From the NCBI GenBank assembly GCA_003281455.1, contig QCBX01000004.1, positions 37,291 through 101,290 on the forward strand: a stretch of DNA of 64,000 nucleotides, written 5' to 3'. Position numbers and translations under genes: made by a program. The stretch is from Prochlorococcus sp. AG-347-J21 (GTDB lineage Bacteria; Cyanobacteriota; Cyanobacteriia; PCC-6307; Cyanobiaceae). Below, piece by piece: positions 40,759 through 51,107 of this stretch; positions within the stretch are counted from its first letter, which is position 1, and each line of letters starts with the position of its first letter. Below the pieces are notes generated by a model. That model was not told the origin of the DNA. It ran no database searches and saw only the letters and a list, made by a program, of their open reading frames with translations.

Positions 40759-41874
40759 TTAATCTATATCTTTTTTATTTTGCCTTAATCTCAAAAACTC
40801 AGGGATACTAGCGCCAGATTCTTTGTTGTCGGAAAAATTATATAAGGTTTGATTTGATAATCTGTTTTTAATTCTTTGTTGGTTTAAAGGTTGATTAGTT
40901 TCAAAACCGGTCGCAATAACAGTAACTTGTATCTCACCTTCCATTAATTCGTTAACCGCTTGACCAACAATTATATTTGCATCCTTGTCTACAACGTTAC
41001 TAATAACTTCACCAACTGCAGTAACATCGTCAAGAGTCATATCTATTCCTCCAGTTATATTTACAAGACAACCTTTTGCTCCATCAATTCTTCCTGCTTC
41101 TAGTAGCGGACTATTAATCGCAGCTTGAGCAGCCTCCATAGCCCTAGATCGACCAGATCCAATCCCCATTCCAAGAAGTGCTGTGCCAGCTTCTGTCATA
41201 ACTGATCTTACATCAGCAAAGTCAAGATTAACTTCGCCAGGGCGTGTAATTACTTCACTTATACCTTGAACTCCCATTCTTAAAACATCATCAGCATTCC
41301 TGAATGCTTCTTGGATAGAGGCACCTGCAGAAACTTCTTTTAAACGATCATTTGGTATAACAATAAGTGTATCAACATTTTCTGCTAATCTCGCAATTCC
41401 TTCTTCTGCTTGACGCATTCTCCTTTTCCCTTCAAAAGAAAAAGGTTTAGTTACTATTCCAATAGTTAATGCACCGCTTTGTTTTGCTATTTCAGCAACA
41501 ACTGGAGCTGCTCCTGTGCCAGTACCTCCACCCATTCCTGCAGCTATAAAAACCAAGTCGGATCCTTCTAGTGATTGTTGAAGCTCCTCTCTAGATTCTT
41601 CTGCAGCCTTTTGACCAATACTTGGATTTCCCCCCGCTCCAAGGCCTCTTGTTAAGTTCTGACCCAATTGCACCCTTCGCTCTGCCGAAGATTGTAATAG
41701 TGCTTGTGCATCAGTGTTGAGAACTCTAAATGATACACCTTCTAGATCACTATCAATCATTCTGTTTATAGCATTACTCCCACCACCGCCAACGCCAATA
41801 ACTTCAATTTTGGCGTTTTGGCTTGGGAGGATTTCTCTCGATTGATCAAAGTTTGGATTGTTACCGAAGCTCAT
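40759..41874 (-). CDS. ftsZ: cell division GTPase FtsZ
   Basis: GVGGGGSNA, tubulin signature [14 protein letters not shown]. Confidence 0.97.
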   Translation of the reverse strand: MSFGNNPNFDQSREILPSQNAKIEVIGVGGGGSNAINRMIDSDLEGVSFRVLNTDAQALLQSSAERRVQLGQNLTRGLGAGGNPSIGQKAAEESREELQQSLEGSDLVFIAAGMGGGTGTGAAPVVAEIAKQSGALTIGIVTKPFSFEGKRRMRQAEEGIARLAENVDTLIVIPNDRLKEVSAGASIQEAFRNADDVLRMGVQGISEVITRPGEVNLDFADVRSVMTEAGTALLGMGIGSGRSRAMEAAQAAINSPLLEAGRIDGAKGCLVNITGGIDMTLDDVTAVGEVISNVVDKDANIIVGQAVNELMEGEIQVTVIATGFETNQPLNQQRIKNRLSNQTLYNFSDNKESGASIPEFLRLRQNKKDID

Positions 41875-41958
41875 CTCTTAATAGGAATCTAATACTAGTA
41901 TTGGGTGCATTATGAACTTACTGAGCTCATCTGTAGGAATTTGTTGAGGAAAATCCTA

Positions 41959-41983
41959 AAAATATTTAATTATTAAATATTTT
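41959..41983. repeat. perfect 25-nt A/T palindrome (12-bp arms, 1-nt centre) in the ftsQ-ftsZ spacer
   Basis: AAAATATTTAAT-T-ATTAAATATTTT, checked base by base around centre T41971. Confidence 0.9.
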
Positions 41984-42053
41984 GTTTTAAATGCAAAACC
42001 CATATCAACACTACAATAATTAAAAAAAATTATTCAAAATCCTTTTTTGAATA

Positions 42054-42779
42054 TTAGGGTTTGAACACTTTTATTTTTGGTTTATTTGGATCAGTAAGAT
42101 CAATATTATCTATTTTTTTAGAAAAACTATTTTTCTTGAATTCATTTTTTAGGTTATTGATTATTTGTAATTGATAGTTAATTAAATTTGTTTTAAATCC
42201 TAAGAAGATTGTCTTTAAATCTTTTTCCTCAAGAGTTAAAAACCCGTTGGGTGAGAACGTTATTTTTATTATTTCAAATTCATAGTTCTCTTGAGCAATG
42301 AAAATTTCAGATAATATTTTTTTAAATTTTTCTTTCCATCCAAAAACTTGAATAGTTAATTTGTTCAAATTTTTTTCGTCTGCATTTTTTTTATCAATGA
42401 AAATTCCAGCTTTATCAATATAGCCAATTATTTTTTTGTCATTTAACGTTCTCTCGCCGTAAGCTATAGGAATTCTTGTATTAACATGAATTTTCAAACC
42501 AAAAGGAAATATTTGTCTGCTGACTGAAACATTTTTTAGAGATAAATTTTGTTTTAACTCTTTTTCTAAAAGATTTGTCTTAATAAAAATTAACCGGTTC
42601 GGAAATTTTAAAGATGAATTTTTTACCACATCATTCTGCGAGAACAATTCACTACCAGAAATTTTAATGTCTTGAATATTTATTTTTTTCAGAGCTTTTA
42701 GGCTTATTAAACTTGTTGAAAAAAAAAGTGAGATTAGAAAAAAAAAGCTTCTATTTTTAATTTTTTTCTGGTAATTCAC
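42054..42779 (-). CDS. ftsQ: cell division protein FtsQ/DivIB-like (TM + POTRA)
   Basis: N-terminal TM, then a POTRA-like IKISGSELFSQNDV segment. Located between ddl and ftsZ. The GTG start overlaps the upstream ORF stop (GTGA). Confidence 0.7.
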   Translation of the reverse strand: MNYQKKIKNRSFFFLISLFFSTSLISLKALKKINIQDIKISGSELFSQNDVVKNSSLKFPNRLIFIKTNLLEKELKQNLSLKNVSVSRQIFPFGLKIHVNTRIPIAYGERTLNDKKIIGYIDKAGIFIDKKNADEKNLNKLTIQVFGWKEKFKKILSEIFIAQENYEFEIIKITFSPNGFLTLEEKDLKTIFLGFKTNLINYQLQIINNLKNEFKKNSFSKKIDNIDLTDPNKPKIKVFKP

Positions 42780-43186
42780 AAATCACATCTAGCTTTTTCC
42801 ATCAATTGGTCCATCCATTTCCTCGCTAGCTCTGCATCTGAAAATGGTACATCCATCTCCTTCCCATCACCTACCAATCTCAACCTACACTTACCTTGAG
42901 ATTCACTTGTTAGAGGAGCTTCTCCTGAAGTTAGTGCCATTAATTCAACTAATTCCAGCTTCTTGATTGTAAAACAGTCTTTTTCTTCAAATTTACCAGC
43001 TTCAAATGCGCTCCACTTTAATTTCCCATCTTTTAAGGATGCTGCACCTGAACTATCTAACTTGCACAGTTCAGAATCACTCGCCCAACTTCTAAAAAGA
43101 TTTTGCCTTCTTCTTTCTAACCATCCAAGTGCAGTTAATAAAATGAAGATTAAAAGTAATGGTAACCAAAGTAGTCCATGCAACAT
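42776..43186 (-). CDS. conserved hypothetical TM-anchored protein (136 aa) embedded in the ddl-ftsQ cluster
   Basis: N-terminal TM (LLWLPLLLIFILLTALGWL), then a soluble domain. Less AT-rich than its neighbours, with A/T-biased third positions. Confidence 0.6.
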   Translation of the reverse strand: MLHGLLWLPLLLIFILLTALGWLERRRQNLFRSWASDSELCKLDSSGAASLKDGKLKWSAFEAGKFEEKDCFTIKKLELVELMALTSGEAPLTSESQGKCRLRLVGDGKEMDVPFSDAELARKWMDQLMEKARCDL

Positions 43187-43197
43187 TTGATTTTAAA

Positions 43198-44265
43198 TTA
43201 CAAATCTAAAGATATATCTACCAGTTTAGCCACAAGTTGTTCGATTTTTAAACCTGAAGCTTCCCAAAGCATTGGAAACATACTTTTTTTTGTAAAACCA
43301 GGTATTGTATTTATCTCATTTAGAAAAATTTTATTTGAAGATTTTTCTAAAAAGAAATCTACTCTTGCAAAACCGAAAATATTTAGTGCTCTACAACTTT
43401 TAATAGCAATTTCTTTAATTTCTTTTGTGATTATAGAATCTATTTCGGCTGGGATAATTATTTGATTATTTGAATGATATTTTGAATCGTAATCATACCA
43501 ATCACTTTCGTAATTTACCTCGCCTATCTCAGAGGATAAGAGTTTTGAATTCCCAATTATTCCGCATTCAATCTCTCTTACTTCTAAACCTTCCTCTATT
43601 AAGATTCTTTTATCTATTTCTCTTGCCTTTTCTAATGCTTTTAATATTTCTGATTCATTTTTGACTTTGGAGATGCCAAGAGATGATCCAGAGTTCGATG
43701 GTTTAACAAATACAGGAAATTTTAAATTTTTTAAAATTTCATTAATTACTTTATTTTTTGCTTGCTTATCGTTGAGATCATCATTTTGAAAAACTAGATA
43801 ATTAACTTGTGGAAGTTTAAGATTTGAGAAAATTGTTTTCATCAATATTTTATCCATCCCAAGTGCAGAGCCAACTATTCCACATCCGACTAAAGGTTTC
43901 TTTGTAAATCTAAGTAAGCCATGAATTGATCCGTCTTCACCATTAAATCCATGTAAAAGAGGAAACCAAACATCAACATTTTGAAATTCAATTCCGTCAA
44001 GGAAGTTAATTTTTTTTTGATTAAAAATTTCTTGTTTATTTGTTTTATTGTTTTCAATTCCACCAATTAATATCTTTTCTGAGAGATGACTATTAAGCCA
44101 ATCTCCATATTTGTTTATGTAAAAGCATTTAACTGTATAAAGTTCTTTGTTTATTTTTGAATTAAATGCTTTATAAACTGTTTTTGCAGAGGATATTGAT
44201 ACTTCGTGTTCATTGGAATTACCGCCAAATATTAACCCAATACATTTTTTCTTATCCCCGGTCAT
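43198..44265 (-). CDS. ddl: D-alanine--D-alanine ligase
   Basis: GLIFGGNSNEHEVSISSA, LHGFNGEDGSIHGLL, an ATP-grasp core and NEINTIPGFT. Confidence 0.9.
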   Translation of the reverse strand: MTGDKKKCIGLIFGGNSNEHEVSISSAKTVYKAFNSKINKELYTVKCFYINKYGDWLNSHLSEKILIGGIENNKTNKQEIFNQKKINFLDGIEFQNVDVWFPLLHGFNGEDGSIHGLLRFTKKPLVGCGIVGSALGMDKILMKTIFSNLKLPQVNYLVFQNDDLNDKQAKNKVINEILKNLKFPVFVKPSNSGSSLGISKVKNESEILKALEKAREIDKRILIEEGLEVREIECGIIGNSKLLSSEIGEVNYESDWYDYDSKYHSNNQIIIPAEIDSIITKEIKEIAIKSCRALNIFGFARVDFFLEKSSNKIFLNEINTIPGFTKKSMFPMLWEASGLKIEQLVAKLVDISLDL

Positions 44266-44276
44266 TTAGAAAAAAA

Positions 44277-45671
44277 TCATAAATAAAGTTCGCCTGTTAA
44301 AGAAAAAGGTCTTGCTTCATTTATTCTGACATCTATTTCATCTCCCAATGAAAAATTAAAGTTAATGTTTTTGGGAATCTCTACGAAAGTTAATCTATTT
44401 GTTCTAGTTCTACCCATAAGTTGCGAGGAATTCTTTGGATTTAAACCTTCAATTAAAACGCTTTCGATATTGTTGATATATCTTTGATTTCTACTCCTAG
44501 CAGTTTTCTCGACCAAATCATTAATTTCCTGTAATCTAGCTTTTTTCACTTCTTCCGAAAGTTGATTCGCCCATACTGCTGCAGGCGTGTTTGGTCTTGG
44601 AGAGTATGCTGCTGTATTAACTTGATCAAAGCCAATTTCTGATATTAGCTTTAATGTATCTTGATACTGTTGTTCGGTTTCTCCTGGGAAAGCAACTATT
44701 GCGTCAGCTGTAATTGATGCATCTGGCATTAATGATCTTATATTCTCGATAATGTTTTTATATTTTTTGATAGTGTATCCTCTGGACATTTGCTTTAAAA
44801 TTTCATCATTTCCACTTTGGAAGGGAATATGGAAATGTTCACAGACTTTATCAAGTTCATAACAAGCTTGAATCAACCTTTTTGAAAAATATCTTGGATG
44901 ACTAGTAGCAAATCTTATTCTGCGAATTCCTTTAACATCATGAATATAATACAAAAGATCAGTTAGGGTATTTTCTTTTCTCCCCTCTTTTGAAGTTCCT
45001 GGAAGGTCTCTACCATAAGCATCAATGTTCTGACCCAAAAGAGTAATTTCTTTAAAATTATCATCAGCTAATTTTTGGATCTCACTTTTTATCGCATTTG
45101 GATATCTTGATTGCTCTTTTCCTCTGACAGAGGGGACTACACAATATGAACATCTTTCATTACATCCATAGATGATATTAACCCAGCCACAAATAGAGCT
45201 TTCTCTTCTGGCACTTGTTATATCTTCAGAAATGAAGGTTTCTTCTGTAGCAGCAACTTGATTTCCTAAATCAACTTTCCCCAGAAGATTCTCAAGATTA
45301 TTTACGTGTTGAGGCCCCATAACCAGATCAAGTTCTGGGACTCTTCTTAGTAAGGATTCTCCCTCTTGCTGAGCAAGACAACCTGCAACAACCAGTTTTA
45401 AGCTAGGTGTTTTGTGCTTTCTTTTTGCTTGTCTTCCTAGAAAGCTATAAACTTTTTGCTCTGCATTATCTCTAATAGTGCATGTATTGTACAAGACCAA
45501 ATCGGCATTTAATTCATCATCTGCTCTTGTGTATCCCATTTTCTCTAATGTCCCAGCCATTCTCTCAGAATCAGCCTTGTTCATTTGACATCCAAATGTG
45601 GTTATCCAATAACTGCCAATAGTTGAATTCTTTTGAGTTTTTTTTTCGTCTGATTTTGTTTTTGTTAGCAC
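44277..45671 (-). CDS. miaB: tRNA-2-methylthio-N6-dimethylallyladenosine synthase
   Basis: N-terminal UPF0004 cysteines (FGCQMN, NTCTIR), radical-SAM [12 protein letters not shown], and a C-terminal TRAM domain. Confidence 0.9.
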   Translation of the reverse strand: MLTKTKSDEKKTQKNSTIGSYWITTFGCQMNKADSERMAGTLEKMGYTRADDELNADLVLYNTCTIRDNAEQKVYSFLGRQAKRKHKTPSLKLVVAGCLAQQEGESLLRRVPELDLVMGPQHVNNLENLLGKVDLGNQVAATEETFISEDITSARRESSICGWVNIIYGCNERCSYCVVPSVRGKEQSRYPNAIKSEIQKLADDNFKEITLLGQNIDAYGRDLPGTSKEGRKENTLTDLLYYIHDVKGIRRIRFATSHPRYFSKRLIQACYELDKVCEHFHIPFQSGNDEILKQMSRGYTIKKYKNIIENIRSLMPDASITADAIVAFPGETEQQYQDTLKLISEIGFDQVNTAAYSPRPNTPAAVWANQLSEEVKKARLQEINDLVEKTARSRNQRYINNIESVLIEGLNPKNSSQLMGRTRTNRLTFVEIPKNINFNFSLGDEIDVRINEARPFSLTGELYL

Positions 45672-45743
45672 TTTGCTAGGAATTTTTTATGATTCTTTAA
45701 TTCAAAATTACAAGTTAAATAATTTTGCTGCAATATTATTGAG

Positions 45744-45817
45744 GGCGAGCGAGGGGATTCGAACCCCCGAATAGCGGCGCCACAAGCCGCTGCCTTAACC
45801 ACTTGGCGACGCCCGCC
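45744..45817 (-). tRNA. tRNA-His (GUG) with genome-encoded G-1
   Basis: The reverse complement reads G-GCGGGCG...GCGGC-TTGTGGC-GCCGC...GGGGGTTCGAATCCCCT-CGCTCGC-C. An extra 5' G sits opposite discriminator C, which is the His identity feature. No CCA is encoded. Confidence 0.9.
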
Positions 45818-45945
45818 TCACATTTATAAATTTAACAACTCAAGGGGAATTTTTCATAGTTATTTTTATGTTTTAGCGAAATTTGAATTATTTTCTAATT
45901 CAGTAAAGTTTTCTTATGATTTAAAATAAAAGAAAATTTAAAAAT

Positions 45946-47181
45946 TTGAGTAATTCCGGCACAGATGAGGTTCTTATTCCCAGAAGCCTTTGTTTAATAG
46001 AAGATATAGATAACCTCATTATCGATATAGAGGATTTATGTTCAGTTTCCATTAGTTGGGAGGATGGATTTGTTTCTGAGTTAAAGCCTTTAAAAAATAA
46101 AGTTACAAAACCAAAAAATATTTTATTCCCAAGATTTGTTGAAACGCATTCGCATTTTGATAAATCTTTTACATGGGCAGACTTTCCTAATCTGGGATCA
46201 AACTATGGAGGAGCATTATCAGTAAATCTTGAAGAACATAAAACTAGAACTACAGATAAGGTTCTTGAAAGAGTGGAGAAATCATTAAAACTTGCCATAA
46301 AAAATGGATACCGAGCTATTAGAAGTCATATTGATACTTTCAAAAGTCAACCTATTGATATTTGGATTGAACTTTATAAATTACAAAAAAAATTTTCATC
46401 TGAGTTGACTTTACAATTCGTTGCTCTAGCTCCATTGGAATTCTGGGATACAACTAATGGAGAAGATTTGGCAAAAATATTTTCCTCTAATGGAGGTATT
46501 TTAGGAGGTGTAATTGTTCCTCCTTTCAATAAAAAAGATACAAGCAAATTTCTCGCAAAGATGCTTCTTCTAGCTAGTAAATATAAATTAGAAATTGATT
46601 TGCATATAGACGAATCGATCAATGAGCCTGGAGCGGGAATAAAAGTTTTATTGGAGACAATCGAAAATTTAAAAATTAATAGTATTCCAATTACTTGTAG
46701 TCATTTGAGTAGTCTTATTTCTCTGAGTCATAGAGAGATTTTAAATTTAGGAGAAAAAATGGCTGAGAAAAATATTAAAGTTATTGCTTTACCCCTAACA
46801 AATTTTTGGCTGCTCAATCGAAGTAATAAAACTACCTCATTAAAAAGACCAGTTGCTCCAATAAAGCAATTACAAAAATCACACGTGGATGTGTCTCTGG
46901 GTAGTGATAACGTTCAAGACCCTTGGTACCCATTTGGTAATTTTGATCCTTTTTATATGTTGTCTTGCTCGATACCTATGCTTCAACTAAATCCCTGGGA
47001 CAGAATGACTCTATCTTCTATTTTTTTAGCTCCAAGCAGATTATTAAACTTAAAATGGGATGGTTTAATTAAAAAGGGTTGTCCTGCTGACTTTGTGATT
47101 TTAGATGCACAAAATTGGGCAGATGTTTTTTCGAGTACCTTAAAGAGAAAAGTGTTTATAAAAGGCGATTTATATTGCTAA
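45946..47181 (+). CDS. CodA-like metal-dependent amidohydrolase/deaminase
   Basis: HxH metal motif (VETHSHFD), DLHIDES, CSHLSS, and GSDNVQDPWYPFG, which resembles the cytosine deaminase C-terminal Asp motif. TTG start. Confidence 0.7.
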   Translation: MSNSGTDEVLIPRSLCLIEDIDNLIIDIEDLCSVSISWEDGFVSELKPLKNKVTKPKNILFPRFVETHSHFDKSFTWADFPNLGSNYGGALSVNLEEHKTRTTDKVLERVEKSLKLAIKNGYRAIRSHIDTFKSQPIDIWIELYKLQKKFSSELTLQFVALAPLEFWDTTNGEDLAKIFSSNGGILGGVIVPPFNKKDTSKFLAKMLLLASKYKLEIDLHIDESINEPGAGIKVLLETIENLKINSIPITCSHLSSLISLSHREILNLGEKMAEKNIKVIALPLTNFWLLNRSNKTTSLKRPVAPIKQLQKSHVDVSLGSDNVQDPWYPFGNFDPFYMLSCSIPMLQLNPWDRMTLSSIFLAPSRLLNLKWDGLIKKGCPADFVILDAQNWADVFSSTLKRKVFIKGDLYC

Positions 47182-47218
47182 TCGTCTAATTTATATACAA
47201 AATAATAAAATTTTATTA

Positions 47219-48574
47219 ATGAAATCAAATAGTTTCAAATTTATAGACAAATTGAGGGAAGTCAACAACTTAGAGATTATTGAAAGCCAATCTGACATAA
47301 GAAGACTTTCAAAAGATTTTTATAACTACTCTCCAATCCTTACTGAAAAATTAGACGAATGTATTGCTGATTTGGTGGTAAGACCTATTGATCACAAAGC
47401 GGTAAAGGAAGTAGCAGAAATTTGTTGGGAATTTTCTATCCCAATTACTTTAAGGGGTTCAGGTACAGGTAATTATGGACAAGCTGTCCCATTGTTTAAA
47501 GGAGTTGTAATGCAGATGAGTCACTTTAATAAGTTAGAAGAATTTGATCCAGACACAGGTTTTGTAAAAGTACAGTCTGGCTGTGTTATGGGAGATTTGA
47601 ATAAACAATTAGAGAAGTATGGAAGGGAACTGAGGTTGCTTCCTAGTACTTGGAAAACTGCAACAATTGGAGGTTTTATTGCAGGTGGATCAGGAGGTAT
47701 TGGGTCTATTAGGTGGGGATTTTTAAGAGATCCAGGAAATCTTATTGGTTTAGAGGCAGTAACGATGAATGAAAAACCTAAATTATTAAAATTTGACGCT
47801 GAAGAATCCGAGCCTCTAAATCATGCTTATGGGACTAATGGAATAATTACTTCTTTATTACTTGCTACTGATATCAAACGTAAGTGGTATTCAATAGTTA
47901 TCGACTGTATTGAATTTGAAAAAACAATAGAAATATTGAAAACTCTTACGAGTGCAGCAATTGATCTGAAATTAGGAGCAATTCTTGAAGAAGAAATTGT
48001 AGATCAAATGCCAAAATGGTTTAATAGTAAATCTAGAAGTCACAAGATATTAATTCAATCTACTCTTGGAGGAATAAAAACTATTGAGCTAATTTGTAAA
48101 AAATTTAAAGTCGAATCTTCCCTACTTGGGGAAGAAGAAAAGCTTATCAATGGAATTTCTGAAGTCGTATGGAATCATACAACTCTTCATATGAGGTCTA
48201 AGGATAAAAATTGGACGTATTTACAGATGCTTTTGCCGCTTAATAATGAACTAGAATTAATTAATTTTTTGAGAAAAAAATGGGGTAAAAAAGTTCTTTG
48301 GCATTTAGAGGCAGTTTCTCAACAAGGATCACCGCGATTAGCGGCTTTGCCTTTATTAAAGTGGAATGGGGCAGAAGAACTAAATGAAATAATGGAAGAT
48401 TGCAATAAACTTGGTGCGTTTATTTTTAATCCTCATGTTTTAACAGTTGAAGGCGGAGGTCTCGGAGTAGTGGATGCAGATCAAGTAAAAGCGAAATTAA
48501 GATTTGATCCTAAAGGGCTATTAAATCCAGGAAAATTGGAAGGTTGGGAAGTAAAAGAACAATTTAAAATTTAA
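47219..48574 (+). CDS. FAD-linked oxidase (PCMH/FAD_binding_4 family)
   Basis: The N-terminal FAD-binding segment PITLRGSGTGNYGQAVP...GVVMQM is typical of GlcD/vanillyl-alcohol-oxidase-type flavoenzymes. Confidence 0.7.
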   Translation: MKSNSFKFIDKLREVNNLEIIESQSDIRRLSKDFYNYSPILTEKLDECIADLVVRPIDHKAVKEVAEICWEFSIPITLRGSGTGNYGQAVPLFKGVVMQMSHFNKLEEFDPDTGFVKVQSGCVMGDLNKQLEKYGRELRLLPSTWKTATIGGFIAGGSGGIGSIRWGFLRDPGNLIGLEAVTMNEKPKLLKFDAEESEPLNHAYGTNGIITSLLLATDIKRKWYSIVIDCIEFEKTIEILKTLTSAAIDLKLGAILEEEIVDQMPKWFNSKSRSHKILIQSTLGGIKTIELICKKFKVESSLLGEEEKLINGISEVVWNHTTLHMRSKDKNWTYLQMLLPLNNELELINFLRKKWGKKVLWHLEAVSQQGSPRLAALPLLKWNGAEELNEIMEDCNKLGAFIFNPHVLTVEGGGLGVVDADQVKAKLRFDPKGLLNPGKLEGWEVKEQFKI

Positions 48575-49803
48575 CATTTCTGTTTATTTGCAAATTTAAT
48601 AAATTCAGCAACTAAAAAAATAGAACCTGTTAGAACAGGATGATTAGGTGGCCATTTTTCCAGGGAAAATAAATACTCAATGGCAAGTTCAAATTTTTTA
48701 AATTCAATTGTTTTTTGAAAGTTAATTTCTTTAATCTGAGAGAGATCATTTAATTGCCAACTAGGTTGGTTTGGAACTGGCACAAGTAATAAGCGATCAT
48801 TTTTCTTTAGAAGTGTTTTTAATATTGCGTAAATATCTTTTTGTCTTTGGACACCTAAAATCCAATATATTCCTTTATCTTCATTCTCCCAATTGCTTCG
48901 CTCATTAGAGAGTGCTTTTGCCGCAGGATAATTATGCGCACAATCTACAAGAATTTCTTTGTTGAAATAATTTATTATTTCTAGCCTTCCGTTCCAAGTT
49001 GTCTTTTTAAGACCTTCAGATATGTGTTTTTCTTTTATATTAAATCCCAAATTATTCAGCGCTTCAATTGCTCCAACAGCTACTGAAGCATTTTGTTTTT
49101 GAAAAATTCCTTTTAATCCAAGCTCATAGCTTTTTGAAATTGAATCTTTCCAAAAAATTTCTGCTCCTACCTCTTTAACTTTTTTGGTTATTAAATTTTC
49201 AACTAGACTATTTTGATTGCATGAGATGACAATTGAGTTTTTTTCAATAACTGCTAATTTTTCTTCGGCAATTTTTTCAATCGTATCTCCAAGAAATTCT
49301 TTATGGTCTAAGCCAATATTCCCAATAGCTATTATTGGTCTAGATTTATGGGCTGTTGTCGCGTCTAATCTTCCACCTAAGCCAGCTTCAAGAATGAGTA
49401 ATTCAACTTTTTGATGGTCAAAAAAATTTAGTGCGCAGCAAATGATTTTTTCAAAAGGAGTTAATTCAAATGCTGAAAAATTTTTTTCTATTAATCTATA
49501 GATTTTTTCAAAATCAGTTTTATTAATATTTTTTTTATTAACTCTAATCCTCTCGCATATATCCAAAAGATGAGGAGATGTCGTTACACCGAAATTCCTT
49601 TTAGCTTCAAAAAGTATACTTTCTAAATATGCTGCGATTGATCCTTTCCCATTTGTTCCAATAATCTGTATCGCAGGGATGCTCTTGCAAGGATTACCAA
49701 GTTCTTGAAGTACTTTTTTAATTCTTGATAAACCTAACTTGATATTATCCCTTTCATATTTAGGAGATAATAATTCAAAAGTTTTTAAATTTGCATTTTT
49801 CAA
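48571..49803 (-). CDS. folC: folylpolyglutamate synthase / dihydrofolate synthase
   Basis: Mur-ligase P-loop IIGTNGKGS, VTTSPHL, EAGLGGRLDATT. Confidence 0.85.
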   Translation of the reverse strand: MKNANLKTFELLSPKYERDNIKLGLSRIKKVLQELGNPCKSIPAIQIIGTNGKGSIAAYLESILFEAKRNFGVTTSPHLLDICERIRVNKKNINKTDFEKIYRLIEKNFSAFELTPFEKIICCALNFFDHQKVELLILEAGLGGRLDATTAHKSRPIIAIGNIGLDHKEFLGDTIEKIAEEKLAVIEKNSIVISCNQNSLVENLITKKVKEVGAEIFWKDSISKSYELGLKGIFQKQNASVAVGAIEALNNLGFNIKEKHISEGLKKTTWNGRLEIINYFNKEILVDCAHNYPAAKALSNERSNWENEDKGIYWILGVQRQKDIYAILKTLLKKNDRLLLVPVPNQPSWQLNDLSQIKEINFQKTIEFKKFELAIEYLFSLEKWPPNHPVLTGSIFLVAEFIKFANKQKC

Positions 49804-49814
49804 AATTTTAATTG

Positions 49815-50990
49815 CTATAACTCTTCAAAAATTGAATTTAGCTTATCTAAAAGAATATTAATTTCTCTTCGAGAAATAACTAATGGTGGGACAATCCTTA
49901 CAACATTTCCTCCTGCAGGAACTACCAGTAATCCTTTATCAAAAGCTTTTAATGTAATTTTTTTTGCATCAGCATAATCATCATTGATCACAAGACCTTG
50001 TATTAAACCTAAACCTCTTTTCCCGCTAATAATATTTGGAAATTTTTTTGACAATTCATCAAACCCAGCACTTAATTGTTCCCCTCTTAGATAAACATTA
50101 TTGATAATATTTCTTCTATTTATTTCTTCTAATACAGTTAGGGCAGCTTTACAAGCGAATGGGTTCCCACCAAAAGTGCTTGCATGATCCCCTGGATAAA
50201 AAATGTTGGCTTTTTCTTTTACCAATAATGCTCCAATTGCATGACCTCCTCCTAATCCTTTAGCAAGGGTGAATCCATCAGGTTCAATTCCTAAATTCTC
50301 ATAACCCCACATTTTCCCAGTACGACCTACTCCACTTTGGACCTCATCTAAAATAAGAAGAGAATTATACTTATTACATATATCTCTCAGGCTTTTAAAA
50401 AATATTTTACTCCCAGGAATTACGCCACCTTCTCCTTGTATTGGTTCAACTAAAACGCCGGAAATTTTTTGATCATTATTTTCACACTCTTCAAATAATT
50501 TTTTTACAGAATCAAAATTGTTAAATTTAAAAAATTTGAACCCTTTAATCATTGGTTCGAAACCTTTTTGATATTTTGGCTGACCAGTCGCACTCAAGGC
50601 TGCAAATGTTCTGCCATGAAAGCTGGACTCTGCTGCAAGAATAATTGACTCTTTACCTTCATTTGTTATATTTCCAAATTTCTTAATTAATTTAATAGCT
50701 GATTCATTTGCTTCTGCGCCACTGTTGCAGAAAAAAACGCTTTCAGCGCAACTCATATTTGTTAAAGTTCTACTTAATTGTTCTTGTTCTTCAATGTTGT
50801 AGAGGTTTGAAATGTGTTGAATCTTTTTTAGTTGAGTAGATAACCTTCTTCTTAAAACTCTATCGCTATGGCCAAGGCTACAAGTCGCTATACCAGCAAC
50901 CGCATCAAGATACTTTTTACCTGTATTGTCCCATAGCCAACAACCTTTTCCTCTTTTAAAAGATATATCGAATCGACTATAAGTATTCAT
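49815..50990 (-). CDS. argD: acetylornithine aminotransferase (class III PLP)
   Basis: GIATCSLGH, FFCNSGAEANE, LILDEVQSGVGRTGKMW, STFGGNP. Start set at ATG 50990 (MNTYSRF), because the longer ORF runs through the tRNA-Leu gene. Confidence 0.9.
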   Translation of the reverse strand: MNTYSRFDISFKRGKGCWLWDNTGKKYLDAVAGIATCSLGHSDRVLRRRLSTQLKKIQHISNLYNIEEQEQLSRTLTNMSCAESVFFCNSGAEANESAIKLIKKFGNITNEGKESIILAAESSFHGRTFAALSATGQPKYQKGFEPMIKGFKFFKFNNFDSVKKLFEECENNDQKISGVLVEPIQGEGGVIPGSKIFFKSLRDICNKYNSLLILDEVQSGVGRTGKMWGYENLGIEPDGFTLAKGLGGGHAIGALLVKEKANIFYPGDHASTFGGNPFACKAALTVLEEINRRNIINNVYLRGEQLSAGFDELSKKFPNIISGKRGLGLIQGLVINDDYADAKKITLKAFDKGLLVVPAGGNVVRIVPPLVISRREINILLDKLNSIFEEL

Positions 50991-50995
50991 CAAAG

Positions 50996-51077
50996 TGGGA
51001 GCGGTCGGACTTGAACCGACATACCCTAAGGTGCCGCATTTTGAGTGCGGTGCGTCTACCAATTCCACCACGCTCCC
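50996..51077 (-). tRNA. tRNA-Leu (CAA), long variable arm
   Basis: The reverse complement reads GGGAGCG-TG-GTGGAATTGGTAGACGCA-CCGCA-CTCAAAA-TGCGG-(variable arm)-GTCGGTTCAAGTCCGAC-CGCTCCC-A. Confidence 0.95.
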
Positions 51078-51107
51078 AAGGCTTTTGAAAAATAATGAAC
51101 TTCATTT

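Noticed and set aside
50991-51071. N-terminal extension of argD (MVELVDAPHSKCGTLGYVGSSPTAPTL...).
   Set aside because: The extension is the reverse-strand reading of the tRNA-Leu(CAA) gene. The conserved aminotransferase sequence starts at Met 50990.
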